Assembly (NCBI GenBank): GCA_017417025.1
Contig: JAFPZY010000017.1
Coordinates: 27,614-91,613, forward strand
Direction of reading: 5' to 3'
DNA length: 64,000 bases
Origin: Paludibacteraceae bacterium
GTDB taxonomy: Bacteria; Bacteroidota; Bacteroidia; Bacteroidales; Paludibacteraceae
A program made the position numbers and the translations under genes. The notes below the pieces were generated by a model. The model ran no database searches, was not told where the DNA came from, and worked only from the letters and a program-made list of their open reading frames with translations. How positions within the stretch are numbered: position 1 is the stretch's first letter; every line of letters starts with the position of its first letter. Below are positions 52,932 to 63,100 of the stretch, one piece after another.

Positions 52932-55025
52932 ATGAAAAAACTATTTGTATTATCATTAGCAGCTATGGCTCTTTTGTCATGCACGAAGCAGAATTCGTTC
53001 TTTACGGAGCAGAACACGCCTTACGGCGTTCCGGCCTTCGACAAGTACCAACTGGGCGACTACATGCCCGCATTTGAGGAAGGCATACGCCGCCAGCAGG
53101 CGGAAGTGGACGCTATTGTAAACAACCCCGAGGCTCCTACATTCGAGAACACCGTTGTTGCTCTCGACCGCACCGGCAGTATGCTCGACCTGGTTAGCAG
53201 CGCGTTCTTCAACGTGCTTGAGGCTGACGGCAACCCCGAGATGGACGCAATAGCCAACGAAGTGTCGCCCAAACTGAGCGCTCTGAGCGACGGCATAATA
53301 ATGAACGAAGGTCTTTTTGCCCGCATCAAGGCCGTGTATGACAGCCGCGAGACTCTCGGCCTCACCCCGGAGCAGATGCGCCTGCTGACGGAGACTTACA
53401 AGTCATTCGTGCAGAACGGAGCCAACCTGCCCGCAGAGCAGAAGAAGCGTCTGACCGAAATCAACCAGGAGCTGTCGGTGCTGAGCCTGCAGTTCGGCCA
53501 GAACGTGGTGGCTGAAACCAACGACTACAAGCTCTTCATCACCGACGAGAGTGAACTTGCCGGTCTGCCCGAGAGCGCCAAAGCAGCTGCCAGAGAGGAG
53601 GCGGAAGCAGCCGGCAGACCCGATGCATGGCTCTTCACTCCCAAGCGCACGAGCTTCACGCCGGTGCTGCAGTACTGTGACAACCGCGAGCTGCGCCGAG
53701 AACTGCTGACGGCCTACACCACGCGCTGCAACCACGACAACGAGCACGACAACAAAGCCATCATCAACCGCATCATGCACCTCCGCCTGGAGAAAGCGCG
53801 CATCTTCGGCTACGACAATCCCGCCGACTATATACTTGCCGACTGTATGGCTCACGACGCAAAGACGGTGGACAGGTTCCTGCAGTCGGTATGGGAGCCG
53901 AGCCTTGCCGCCGCGAAGCGCGAAGCCGCTGCTTTGCAGCAGATGCTTGAGCGCGACCTCCCGGGCGAGAAACTGCAGCCGTGGGACTGGTGGTACTACG
54001 CCGAGAAGCTCCGCCGCGAGAAATACGCTTTGGACGAAGAGGAGATAAAGCCCTACTTCGAGCTCGGCAACGTGCGCAAAGGCGCTTTCATGCTTGCACA
54101 CAACCTGTACGGCCTCAACTTCGAGCCGATAAAGGATATGCCGGTATATAACAAGGAGGTGGAAGTGTTCCGTGTGACTGATGCTGACGGCTCGCTTGTA
54201 GGCATACTGTACACCGACTATTTCCCGCGTGCAGGCAAGCGTCCCGGTGCATGGATGAACGACATCTGCCACCAGTGGGTTGATGCGGAAGGAACGGACC
54301 ACCGTCCCGTTATCATCAACGTTGGCAACTTCAACAAACCCACGCAGGGCAATCCGTCGCTGCTCTCGATGGACGACGTGGAGACACTGTTCCACGAGTT
54401 CGGCCATGCGCTGCACGGCCTCATGTCGAAAGCCCACTACAAGAGCCTGAGCGGGACCAACACCCCGCGCGACTTTGTGGAACTGCCGTCGCAGTTCATG
54501 GAGAACTACTGCTACGAGCCGGAGATACTGCGCACCTACGCTTTCCACTATCAGACGGGCGAAGTGATGCCCGACGAGCTGGTGGCAAAGATAAACGCAG
54601 CGGGCAAGTTCAACCAGGGCTTTGTTGAAACCGAACTGCTCTGCGCCTCCATCCTCGACATGGATTACCACGAGATAACCACAGCGGAGGACTTCGATGT
54701 AAACGCTTTTGAAGCAGCGTCTATGAAGAAAATGGAGATGATTCCGGAGATAATAGTGCGTTACCGCTCCACCTACTTCAACCACATCTTCACCACCGGC
54801 TATGCTGCAGGCTACTACAGCTACACATGGTCGGCAGTGCTTGATGCTGATGCTTTTGCGGCATTCAAGGAGACCGGCGACATCCTCAATCAGGAGGTGG
54901 CTAAGAAGTTCCGCCATCTGCTTGAGCAGGGCGGCACCCGCGATGCGAAAGAGCTTTATGAGGAGTTCCGCGGCAAGCAGGCTGACCCGCAGCATCTGCT
55001 CCGCAGGAAAGGTTTCATTGAGTGA
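52932..55025 (+). CDS. dcp: M3-family peptidyl-dipeptidase Dcp
   Basis: Lipoprotein signal LAAMALLSC, HEFGHALHG zinc motif, and length and blocks typical of Dcp. Confidence 0.9.
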   Translation: MKKLFVLSLAAMALLSCTKQNSFFTEQNTPYGVPAFDKYQLGDYMPAFEEGIRRQQAEVDAIVNNPEAPTFENTVVALDRTGSMLDLVSSAFFNVLEADGNPEMDAIANEVSPKLSALSDGIIMNEGLFARIKAVYDSRETLGLTPEQMRLLTETYKSFVQNGANLPAEQKKRLTEINQELSVLSLQFGQNVVAETNDYKLFITDESELAGLPESAKAAAREEAEAAGRPDAWLFTPKRTSFTPVLQYCDNRELRRELLTAYTTRCNHDNEHDNKAIINRIMHLRLEKARIFGYDNPADYILADCMAHDAKTVDRFLQSVWEPSLAAAKREAAALQQMLERDLPGEKLQPWDWWYYAEKLRREKYALDEEEIKPYFELGNVRKGAFMLAHNLYGLNFEPIKDMPVYNKEVEVFRVTDADGSLVGILYTDYFPRAGKRPGAWMNDICHQWVDAEGTDHRPVIINVGNFNKPTQGNPSLLSMDDVETLFHEFGHALHGLMSKAHYKSLSGTNTPRDFVELPSQFMENYCYEPEILRTYAFHYQTGEVMPDELVAKINAAGKFNQGFVETELLCASILDMDYHEITTAEDFDVNAFEAASMKKMEMIPEIIVRYRSTYFNHIFTTGYAAGYYSYTWSAVLDADAFAAFKETGDILNQEVAKKFRHLLEQGGTRDAKELYEEFRGKQADPQHLLRRKGFIE

Positions 55026-55070
55026 AAGCCGAAAGTTAATACTCGAAAGTCGAAAGTCAAAAGTCGAAGG

Positions 55071-55119
55071 TCAAAAGCCGGATATGTTGTTGCACAGTCG
55101 ATAGTAATTCGGCTTTTGA
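55071..55119. terminator. hairpin element A (10-bp stem, 29-nt loop), preceded by 7-bp cgaaagt-type words at 55027-55070
   Basis: tcaaaagccg (55071-55080) pairs with cggcttttga (55110-55119). An inverted copy lies at 58943-59130. Confidence 0.6.
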
Positions 55120-55171
55120 CTATTAACCATAAACTATTGACTATAAAATAATCCTTTCCCGAGTAAAGAGA

Positions 55172-55522
55172 ATGGACTTCATTCTGCCTTACATACTGAC
55201 ATGGCGGCTTCCGGCAGCGGCAGTGCTGCTGCTGTCGGCTTGGCTGCCTGTGAGGAAGGCCTATCGGCTGCTGCGGACAGGCGACATCTGGAACAAGGGG
55301 GCTGTAGAGGAGGTGTTCCTGAGCAGCCTGCTTGTTTCGCTTGCAGGGGCGGTTTATACATATACCATTGTTTTTCTGCCGGTTGTGTGGTTGCTGTTTG
55401 CCCGCCGGCACCTGCTGGATTTCAGGGGGCTGCTTGCCTCGCTTACAGCGGCAGGATTGGTAGTGCTGTATTACGCTTTGGCTGTTTTTCTCGGCATGGC
55501 AGAGTGGAAAATTATGCCTTGA
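55172..55522 (+). CDS. hypothetical small membrane protein (116 aa)
   Basis: Three to four hydrophobic segments. I see no recognisable family and no consensus promoter, so it could be a gene fragment. Confidence 0.4.
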   Translation: MDFILPYILTWRLPAAAVLLLSAWLPVRKAYRLLRTGDIWNKGAVEEVFLSSLLVSLAGAVYTYTIVFLPVVWLLFARRHLLDFRGLLASLTAAGLVVLYYALAVFLGMAEWKIMP

Positions 55523-55649
55523 ATGTTGGCTCCTCGCGCACGAACAACATTTAATACGCATGCGCGCGAGACGGCTGTGTGAGGTGGCAACTGCGCTTTG
55601 CAAAACGCAAAGAGGCTTGTTTTTTCTTGCACGGACGGGAAAAAAGTTG

Positions 55650-55657
55650 TAACTTTG
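55650..55657 (+). promoter_or_regulatory. -7 promoter box TAACTTTG
   Basis: aaaaagttgTAACTTTGcagcg lies ~79 nt upstream of ATG 55736. Confidence 0.55.
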
Positions 55658-55735
55658 CAGCGAATTTGACAGCAATGCCCTCATGCGGTGGCTTTGTAAC
55701 GAACAAAACAAGAAAAACATACAAACCGGAAAACC

Positions 55736-56809
55736 ATGAAACGTCTGCAACTTGTAATGACCGTTCTTGCCGTATTGTGCTGCGGTATGAACACCGGTGT
55801 GAGTGCACAGTCGTCGGAGCAGTATGTGCGCTGCATAGCGTTCTACAACTTGGAGAACCTGTTTGACACCATCCACGACGAGGGCAAGAACGACTATGAG
55901 TACCTCCCTGACGGAGGCATGAAATGGACCGGCATGAAATACCGGCACAAGATAGAGCGGATGGGTTATGCAGTGGCGCAGTTAGGTACGGACTATGACC
56001 CCCGCGGAGCCGCCTGCATAGGCGTTGCGGAGGTGGAGAACATAGGGTGCCTGTATGACTTGTGTGCCGAGACTAACAGCAAGTACGGGCGCAAACTGAA
56101 GCCGATACTGCTTGAGGGACCCGACCGCCGCGGTGTGGATGTCGGTTTCCTTTACGACTCGCTGATGTTCAAACCCACGAGGGTGAAAGGCTACGAGCTG
56201 AAGGCGCACTATGCGGACGGCGGCGAGATAAAGACGCGACTGCAACTCGCAGTGTCCGGCTATCTGACCGGCGAGGGGAAGATGGAGAAGATACACGTAA
56301 TAGTGAACCACTGGCCGAGCCGTTACGGAGGAGAGTTGTCGAGCCGTCCGGGCAGAGACACAGCCGCCATGCTCTGCCGCAGCATCTGCGACAGCATTTA
56401 CCGGACCGAGGCAAGAGCGAAGATAATAATAATGGGCGACCTTAACGACGACCCCTACAACCACTCGTGCGCCGAGGTGCTGCAGGCCCGCAAGACACGC
56501 GAAGAGGTGGAAGAGCAGGGCTACTTCAACACCATGTGGCAGAAACTGGACAGGGGCATAGGTTCTCTCTCGTATCAGGGTGGCTGGAACCTGTTCGACC
56601 AGATTATCATCTCCGAGCCACTGCTGAACGAACCTCAGGCTTCGGGCAAGTGGGCGTACTGGAAATCGCAGATATTCAACAAACCGTTCCTTACCGTGCA
56701 GGAGGGCAAGGACAAAGGCACTCCGTTGCGCACACACAAAGCGGGCGTATGGCAGGACGGATACGGCGACCACTACCCGACAATGATTTACCTGATAAAA
56801 AAGAAATAG
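55736..56809 (+). CDS. secreted endonuclease/exonuclease/phosphatase (EEP) family protein
   Basis: Signal peptide, FYNLENLFD, NHWPSRYGG, IMGDLNDDP and the C-terminal GYGDHYP. Confidence 0.85.
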   Translation: MKRLQLVMTVLAVLCCGMNTGVSAQSSEQYVRCIAFYNLENLFDTIHDEGKNDYEYLPDGGMKWTGMKYRHKIERMGYAVAQLGTDYDPRGAACIGVAEVENIGCLYDLCAETNSKYGRKLKPILLEGPDRRGVDVGFLYDSLMFKPTRVKGYELKAHYADGGEIKTRLQLAVSGYLTGEGKMEKIHVIVNHWPSRYGGELSSRPGRDTAAMLCRSICDSIYRTEARAKIIIMGDLNDDPYNHSCAEVLQARKTREEVEEQGYFNTMWQKLDRGIGSLSYQGGWNLFDQIIISEPLLNEPQASGKWAYWKSQIFNKPFLTVQEGKDKGTPLRTHKAGVWQDGYGDHYPTMIYLIKKK

Positions 56810-56821
56810 CACATACACAAG

Positions 56822-57154
56822 ATGGAAACACTGAAAAGAAATGCTACTCCGATACGCATGCGCAATTACGGGCGCATAATACAGGAAATGGTGCGTGTGG
56901 CTTCCGAAGAACAGGACCAAGAAGCACGGGAAAAAATGACGATATACATAGCGCGCTGCATGCGTCAGAAAAACACCATCTGGAACAAAGACCAGGAGAC
57001 CGGCATAGCACGCCTGAGGGAGGACATAGAGATTCTTTCGGACGGGAGGCTGGACTGCAATTTTGCTGATTTTGAGGCGGAAGTGGCTAAGAACCCGCCT
57101 TCGCAACAGCAGCTCTCCGGTAAGAAGAACAACAACAGACAGGGCAACAAGTAA
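56822..57154 (+). CDS. DUF4290-like protein (short form)
   Basis: NYGRIIQEMV and CMRQKNTIWNKDQETGIARLREDIEILSDGRLD resemble the N- and C-terminal blocks of DUF4290 as I remember them. The middle part of the family is absent. Confidence 0.55.
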   Translation: METLKRNATPIRMRNYGRIIQEMVRVASEEQDQEAREKMTIYIARCMRQKNTIWNKDQETGIARLREDIEILSDGRLDCNFADFEAEVAKNPPSQQQLSGKKNNNRQGNK

Positions 57155-57199
57155 GCGCGCCAAAGAGAAAGACAACAACAAAAACAAACATATCAGAAA

Positions 57200-58804
57200 A
57201 TGGAAAAAATAGATTTGACCAAGTACGGCATCACTGGTGCTACCGTGAAAGCCTACAACCCCTCCTACGAATATCTGTACAAGGAGGAGACGAACCCCGC
57301 CCTGACCGGCTATGAGAAAGGTCAGGAGACCGAACTGGGGGCAGTGAACGTAATGACCGGCATCTATACCGGCCGCTCGCCCAAGGACAAATACATAGTG
57401 ATGGACGAAAACTCGAAGAACACCGTATGGTGGACCAGCGAGGAGTACAAGAACGACAACCACCCGATGACGGAAGCGGTGTGGGCAAAGGTGAAAGAGC
57501 TGGCAGTGAAAGAACTGTGCAACAAGGAACTGTATGTGGTGGACGCATTCTGCGGCGCTAACAAGGACACCCGCATGGCAGTGCGCTTCATAGTGGAGGT
57601 GGCATGGCAGGCTCACTTTGTGCGCAACATGTTCATCAAGCCGACAGCCGAGGAGGAGAAAAACTTCGAGCCAGACTTTGTTATCTACAACGCTTCGCTT
57701 GCCAAAGTGGAGAACTACAAGGAGCTGGGGCTCAACTCGGAGACCTGCGTTGCCTTCAACACCACCAGCCGCGAGCAGGTGATACTTAACACATGGTACG
57801 GCGGCGAGATGAAGAAGGGTATGTTCTCAATGATGAACTACTATCTGCCTCTGCGCGGCATAGCATCGATGCACTGCTCCGCCAATACCGACATGCAGGG
57901 CAAGAACACCGCCATCTTCTTCGGTCTGTCGGGCACCGGCAAGACCACGCTGAGCACCGACCCCAAGCGCCTGCTTATAGGCGACGACGAGCACGGCTGG
58001 GACGACAACGGCGTGTTCAACTTCGAGGGCGGCTGCTATGCCAAAGTCATCAACCTGGACAAAGAGAGCGAGCCTGACATCTACAACGCCATCCGCCGCA
58101 ACGCCCTGCTTGAGAACGTGACAGTGGACAAGGACGGCAAGATAGACTTTGCCGACAAGAGCGTGACGGAGAACACCCGCGTGAGCTATCCGATAGACCA
58201 CATAGAGAAGATTGTGCGTCCTGTCAGCGCAGGTCCTGCAGCCGAGAACGTCATCTTCCTTAGTGCCGACGCATTCGGCGTACTGCCTCCTGTCAGCATC
58301 CTGACTCCGGAGCAGACCAAATACTACTTCCTGAGCGGCTTCACAGCCAAGCTGGCAGGCACTGAGCGCGGTATCACCGAGCCTACTCCTACTTTCTCGG
58401 CTTGCTTCGGTCAGGCGTTCCTCGAGCTGCACCCGACCAAATATGCCGAGGAGCTGGTGAAGAAAATGGAGAAGAGCGGCGCGAAAGCCTATCTGGTGAA
58501 CACCGGTTGGAACGGCACAGGCAAGCGCATCTCCATACGCGACACCCGCGGCATCATTGACGCTATTCTGGACGGCAGCATCAAGAAAGCGGAGACAAAG
58601 AAGATTCCTTATTTCGACTTTGAGGTGCCTACCGCACTGCCCGGCGTGGACAGCAAGATTCTCGACCCGCGCGACACTTACGCCGATGCGGCGCAGTGGG
58701 AAGAGAAAGCCAAAGACCTGGCAAGCCGATTCATCAAGAACTTCGTGAAGTACGAAGGCAACGAGGCAGGCAAGGCATTGGTGGCCGCCGGCCCGAAGCT
58801 CTAA
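57200..58804 (+). CDS. pckA: phosphoenolpyruvate carboxykinase (ATP)
   Basis: [23 protein letters not shown] (kinase-1a), IGDDEHGW and [13 protein letters not shown]. Confidence 0.95.
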   Translation: MEKIDLTKYGITGATVKAYNPSYEYLYKEETNPALTGYEKGQETELGAVNVMTGIYTGRSPKDKYIVMDENSKNTVWWTSEEYKNDNHPMTEAVWAKVKELAVKELCNKELYVVDAFCGANKDTRMAVRFIVEVAWQAHFVRNMFIKPTAEEEKNFEPDFVIYNASLAKVENYKELGLNSETCVAFNTTSREQVILNTWYGGEMKKGMFSMMNYYLPLRGIASMHCSANTDMQGKNTAIFFGLSGTGKTTLSTDPKRLLIGDDEHGWDDNGVFNFEGGCYAKVINLDKESEPDIYNAIRRNALLENVTVDKDGKIDFADKSVTENTRVSYPIDHIEKIVRPVSAGPAAENVIFLSADAFGVLPPVSILTPEQTKYYFLSGFTAKLAGTERGITEPTPTFSACFGQAFLELHPTKYAEELVKKMEKSGAKAYLVNTGWNGTGKRISIRDTRGIIDAILDGSIKKAETKKIPYFDFEVPTALPGVDSKILDPRDTYADAAQWEEKAKDLASRFIKNFVKYEGNEAGKALVAAGPKL

Positions 58805-58942
58805 AAGAAGGTGATTGTGAAAATGGTATGAAACGAGCGGCATGCGCACAGCGTATGCTGCTCGTGTGTCAGCAAGCAGGCAATTAGTCGAAAGACCGCA
58901 CTTCTTTAGTCGAAAGACCGCTTCGCTCAAAGTCGAAAGTCT

Positions 58943-59130
58943 AAAGCCGAATTACTATCGACTGCACAAAGCATACTCGGCTTTTGACTTACGGCTATTG
59001 GCTTTCCTTACCGCAGGCTGGAAGCCTGCGTACCCGCTTTTGACTTATGACTAAACAAAGCATACTCGGCTTTTGACCTTCGACTTTTGACTTACGACTA
59101 AAAAAAGACTTTCGACTTTCGACTAAAAAA
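58943..59130. repeat. hairpin element B (inverted copy of element A, with an ~88-bp internal partial duplication)
   Basis: aaagccg-aattactatcgactg...-cggcttt at 58943-58986. cggcttttgaccttcgacttttgact at 59067-59092 is identical to the reverse complement of 55045-55080. gactttcgactttcgac words follow. Confidence 0.8.
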
Positions 59131-59239
59131 GAGCAGAAGGACCGACTTTCACAAGCCGGTCGCTCCCTAAAAGCGTAAAATCTTTATACATCTGCGCTAA
59201 GGGTGTTATTGCTGCGCAGATATGTATCTTTTGAGTTAC

Positions 59240-59938
59240 TTATTTCTTGATGACGAGCTTCTCCTCGGTCTGGTCAGCTTTCGTTACGATAACGAGGTAC
59301 TGTCCTGCTGCGAGATCTGCGAGGTCAATCTCCTGATAAGCCAGAGTAATGTTGGTGGCAGGAACAGCAACAACGGTGTTGTCCTCGTAGCCGACAACCT
59401 GTACACTTGCGCCTTCATAAGCGGTGAACTCCAGACGGCCGTTCTGGTGGCAGATGCCGGGAGTAGCGGGAGCGCAAGTGGTGCAATTGACGGTGAAGCG
59501 GTCGGCGATTGTGGTGTTGGCATCGCAATCGAACTCGTAAGTGTCATTGTTGGCCAGAGTGACGGTCTTTTTAGTTACAGCGTCATAGAGTGTGACGGTG
59601 CCCTGTACATCGCTGAAAGTCATAGTGTAATGAGTTTCAGTGGTGTTGCTCTGGAAAGAGATTGCGAGGTCGGCAAGGCTGTTGGTGGCAACCATTGAGA
59701 GGTTCTTGCCAGCGCTGACAGCAAACAGATTGATGTTGTATGCCTGACCGCTATTCATCACCTTTTCAATATCAGAACCTGATTCGTAATCAGCGGAGAA
59801 CGGAGTATCCTCAATCAGGAACAGTACGTCATTACCGCCACCTGTAGAAGTAACTGTAATTTTTGCCACATTGGCAGCATTCACTGTAAACGCCAGCATG
59901 CAAAGGGCGATTACTGACAAAATTTTAGTTGTTTTCAT
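59240..59938 (-). CDS. T9SS C-terminal-domain protein, stand-alone paralog of the C-terminal module of the 1052-aa protein
   Basis: Signal peptide MKTTKILSVIALCMLAFTVNA. The block FSADYESGSDIEKVMNSG..YNINLFA...THYTMTFSDVQG...DRFTVN parallels FTEDYDNGADITKYMNKGMNFYA...DYTLTFAKVNG...SRFQIV. The C-terminus is AAGQYLVIVTKADQTEEKLVIKK. Confidence 0.8.
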   Translation of the reverse strand: MKTTKILSVIALCMLAFTVNAANVAKITVTSTGGGNDVLFLIEDTPFSADYESGSDIEKVMNSGQAYNINLFAVSAGKNLSMVATNSLADLAISFQSNTTETHYTMTFSDVQGTVTLYDAVTKKTVTLANNDTYEFDCDANTTIADRFTVNCTTCAPATPGICHQNGRLEFTAYEGASVQVVGYEDNTVVAVPATNITLAYQEIDLADLAAGQYLVIVTKADQTEEKLVIKK

Positions 59939-59972
59939 ATTAGAGTATTTTTGTTTTATTAACATGATTTGT

Positions 59973-60128
59973 TTATAACGTGAGCCTGCGGCCAGGTGCA
60001 CCGCCCATTCCGCCAGTACCTTCGCCGCCAGGAGGAGTCATCCCGCCCGGTTCTCCCGAAGTCTGGCATAGAGTCTGTGTTTTTACGCTCACTGAGCCAC
60101 ACAGAGGTTTCAAATATTCCTTTTTCAT
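59973..60128 (-). CDS. candidate small ORF (51 aa), Gly/Pro-rich tail
   Basis: MKKEYLKPLCGSVSVKTQTLCQTSGEPGGMTPPGGEGTGGMGGAPGRRLTL. The ATG at 60128 is in frame within the track ORF 59973-60188, and the ORF fills the gap between two T9SS cargo genes. Coding status is unproven. Confidence 0.3.
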   Translation of the reverse strand: MKKEYLKPLCGSVSVKTQTLCQTSGEPGGMTPPGGEGTGGMGGAPGRRLTL

Positions 60129-60194
60129 GATTATTAAAATATTACAGAAGGGGCATATCGGAAGCGGTACGCCCCTCCTTGTTTTCAAATTCAG

Positions 60195-63100
60195 TTACTT
60201 GACAATCTTGATGCCATCAACCACATAGATTCCGGCGGGCAGCTGGTTCCAGTTTTCGGTTTCACCTACATACTGACCGAGCACGGTGTAAACAGCTTTG
60301 CTGCCGGCTGTTTCATTGGCAGTGCTGATGTCTGTAGGCATCTGCTGACGCGGAACAATCTGGAAACGGCTCTCAACAATCTGGTTGGGCTGTGCGGTGA
60401 AGCGATAGGTTGCACCTTCGCTCATCAGTACTACACGGCCTGTAAGGTTGTCACGGAGAGCATATTCTTCGCCGTTTACCTTTGCAAAAGTCAGAGTATA
60501 ATCAACTTCGTCAATGGTCTGAAGTGAGAGTGTTGCACCTTCAATGTTGTCAGAAGCAACCATAGCATACTCGCCGTTTGCATAGAAGTTCATGCCCTTG
60601 TTCATATACTTGGTGATGTCGGCTCCGTTGTCATAGTCCTCTGTAAATTCGGCACTTTCAACGAAATATACATCATCCTCTGCGCCATTGGCGGCCTTTA
60701 TGTTGATACGGAGAGTGTTCACATCCGAAGCCACAGCGCGACGGGGAGCACTATAAGTATTGGGATTTGTAACGTAGCCATATACCGATGTAGCATAATC
60801 GAGGTCAAGCATAGCGGAGTTGCCCGATGTGAGTTTCACGATGAAGGTCTGCATTGCAGGAATCTCTTTCGGACCGGCGGAGAAATACGAGTACAGAGCC
60901 TTGTTTACAGGGTTGTACTTCTGATTGGCCATGTCCCACAGATACATGGAGCCGTCGATATCTGCACCGCTGTTCTCAATAGCCTGGAGCATTGTGCGTA
61001 CATGTATAGGAGCCACGAAGGCGTTGCCCATATAGTTCCAGCCGGCATGGTCAAGTTCGATGCGGTCAGCCACATTGCCTTGTACGCGGCCTTCGAATGT
61101 GTAGGTGATTCCACCGGCTTTGGTGTTGTTGGAGAGAGCATAGCTGGTGAAGGCCTTCATCTGGTTGTATGCAGTCAGACCAACCCACTTTGAGCTGAGT
61201 TCGTCATAATACTCAATAAAGGTCCAGATTCCTGTTTCTCCATCCAGCAGTTCAGGCTTGGTCTCCAAAGTGCTGTAATTGGAAGAAATCTTTGAGTACT
61301 CGCTCAGCGGACTTGTGAGGCGGTCCCACTTATAGTTGGTGGAAGTTCCGGTTTTGGGCATGCCGTAAGCATCTGTATAATATCTAACACTTGCCATCGG
61401 CTGCTTGTTGCTGGTGACTTTCGGGCTGATAACAAAAGTAGCCTGCTTGGAGGCATTGGCCTCAAGGACAACATTATCAGTGGCATTGGCAACCATACCT
61501 TGTTCACCGGTAACGATGAGGCCTGCGCCGGCTTCCACGATAATTTGAGCCAGTGAACCCATTACGATACGGCCGACTGTCAGAGTTACACCCTCTTCTA
61601 CTGTCAGAGTCTGTGTTTTATTATCGTTGATTTCCAGGTAGGGGAGAGTAACTTCTGTAGCATTCGCTTTCTCAAGTTTCTCGCTGGTGCCTGTCCACTT
61701 GATACCTTTTCCGGCTGCAGCAGCGGCTGCAACAGTACCAGAGGTGAGAACCTCAACGTTCTCTTCAAACTTGGTGATGACGACGATTTTCTTGCCGTTT
61801 TCGCCCTCAACTTCGGTGGTAGTGAATTTACCGTCATTGGGGAAGAAATCTGCAACTTCGGCTTGAGAGGTGCTGCCATCGCCATTCTTAATGCTCACTT
61901 TGTCCTCAATGTTACCGCCGACAATAGACACTTTTTGTCCGTCAGCGGTCGCCTCAGCAAAGACTGCCGTACCCTGTGTACCGGCTTCGATAGTACCGCC
62001 TTCTATTTTTACATAATCCACTTTTGAATCACCTTCTGGGGTATCGGTAATAACCTCTTCAATGGCATAACCCGTACCGCCCTTTATCTTGGTGTCACCG
62101 CTGATGGTAACATCATGACTGCCAGCATAAGCGGCTGTTGATTCAACAACGATTGCACTACCGCCGGATTTGATACCCGAGCGTGTTCCTTCCGGCTCTG
62201 CATAGGAGCCTGTATAGTCAGATTCGATACGGGCATTTTTAATCTCCACATCACCGGACTTGACATAAACGCCGGTTGAGCCGTGTACATAACCCTCGAT
62301 GAGCCATTTGCCCACACCTGACGAATAAACACCTGTAGTACCTTTTGTATTGGGTTTGCTCCATACCTCTGCGGAAGGACGGATATGAACGTAAGGCACA
62401 AAACCATCGGTGCGGAAGAAGTTACCGGTAATCTTAATACCATACTCGCCACCATAAACCTTTCCGTAAACGTCAATCACTGCACCGAAAGCGGTTTGGG
62501 TCTGTTTTCTTGCACTCGGGTGACCGCTATTAATATAAGGATATTTACCCTGAGCATTTGCAGTACCTGAATAGTTTGCATACCAATGAGTGCAGTAGTC
62601 AACAACCATATCACCATTCTCATTCTTCCAGTAATCTCTGGGAGTCCAAGTCATACCGCCGTCAGTATTAGTTGCGACAGCTTCAGTACATTCAAAATTA
62701 GCCACGGTACTTGCCGTCGAGTTGATCCAAGACTGCAACTCCAGCATAGCGATACCCGAGCCGCCGTCTGTATTGTTATCAGGACAGATGGTCTGGACAA
62801 GCACGTCCTTGCCGATAGTCAGTACAGCCCAGTTTTCTGCATTGGGGTCATACGAACCGCAAACCAAAATAGCCTCGTCAGGATAGTAAGCCCCTTTGGA
62901 ATCACTTTTCTCAGTGCAGTTATACAAGGTTTTACCGCCGATTAAACCACCTGAATAGTAAATGGGCTTGTTATTTTTGTCGTAAGTGTCATAAAATGCG
63001 GCTGTGTGGTAGGGGACACTCTTGGTCTTGGTGATAGTACCATTGGAGATGTTAAGATTGCCCTTGAGTAGTTCGATGGCGCGGGAGTCGCCGACAATAA

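Noticed and set aside
5011-57616. Many long ORFs lie antisense to or overlap well-supported genes. Examples are 5011-6075(-), 27776-29272(-), 29778-31217(-), 31221-32201(-), 34225-35580(-), 35622-36848(-), 42815-45241(-), 45263-47347(-), 47405-48682(-), 51825-52922(-), 53403-54995(-), 55982-57616(-) and 57827-58930(-).
   Set aside because: They are shadow ORFs typical of GC-rich DNA. Their translations are low-complexity (rich in R, A, H, V, G) with no recognisable motifs, and each lies opposite a gene with clear family signatures.
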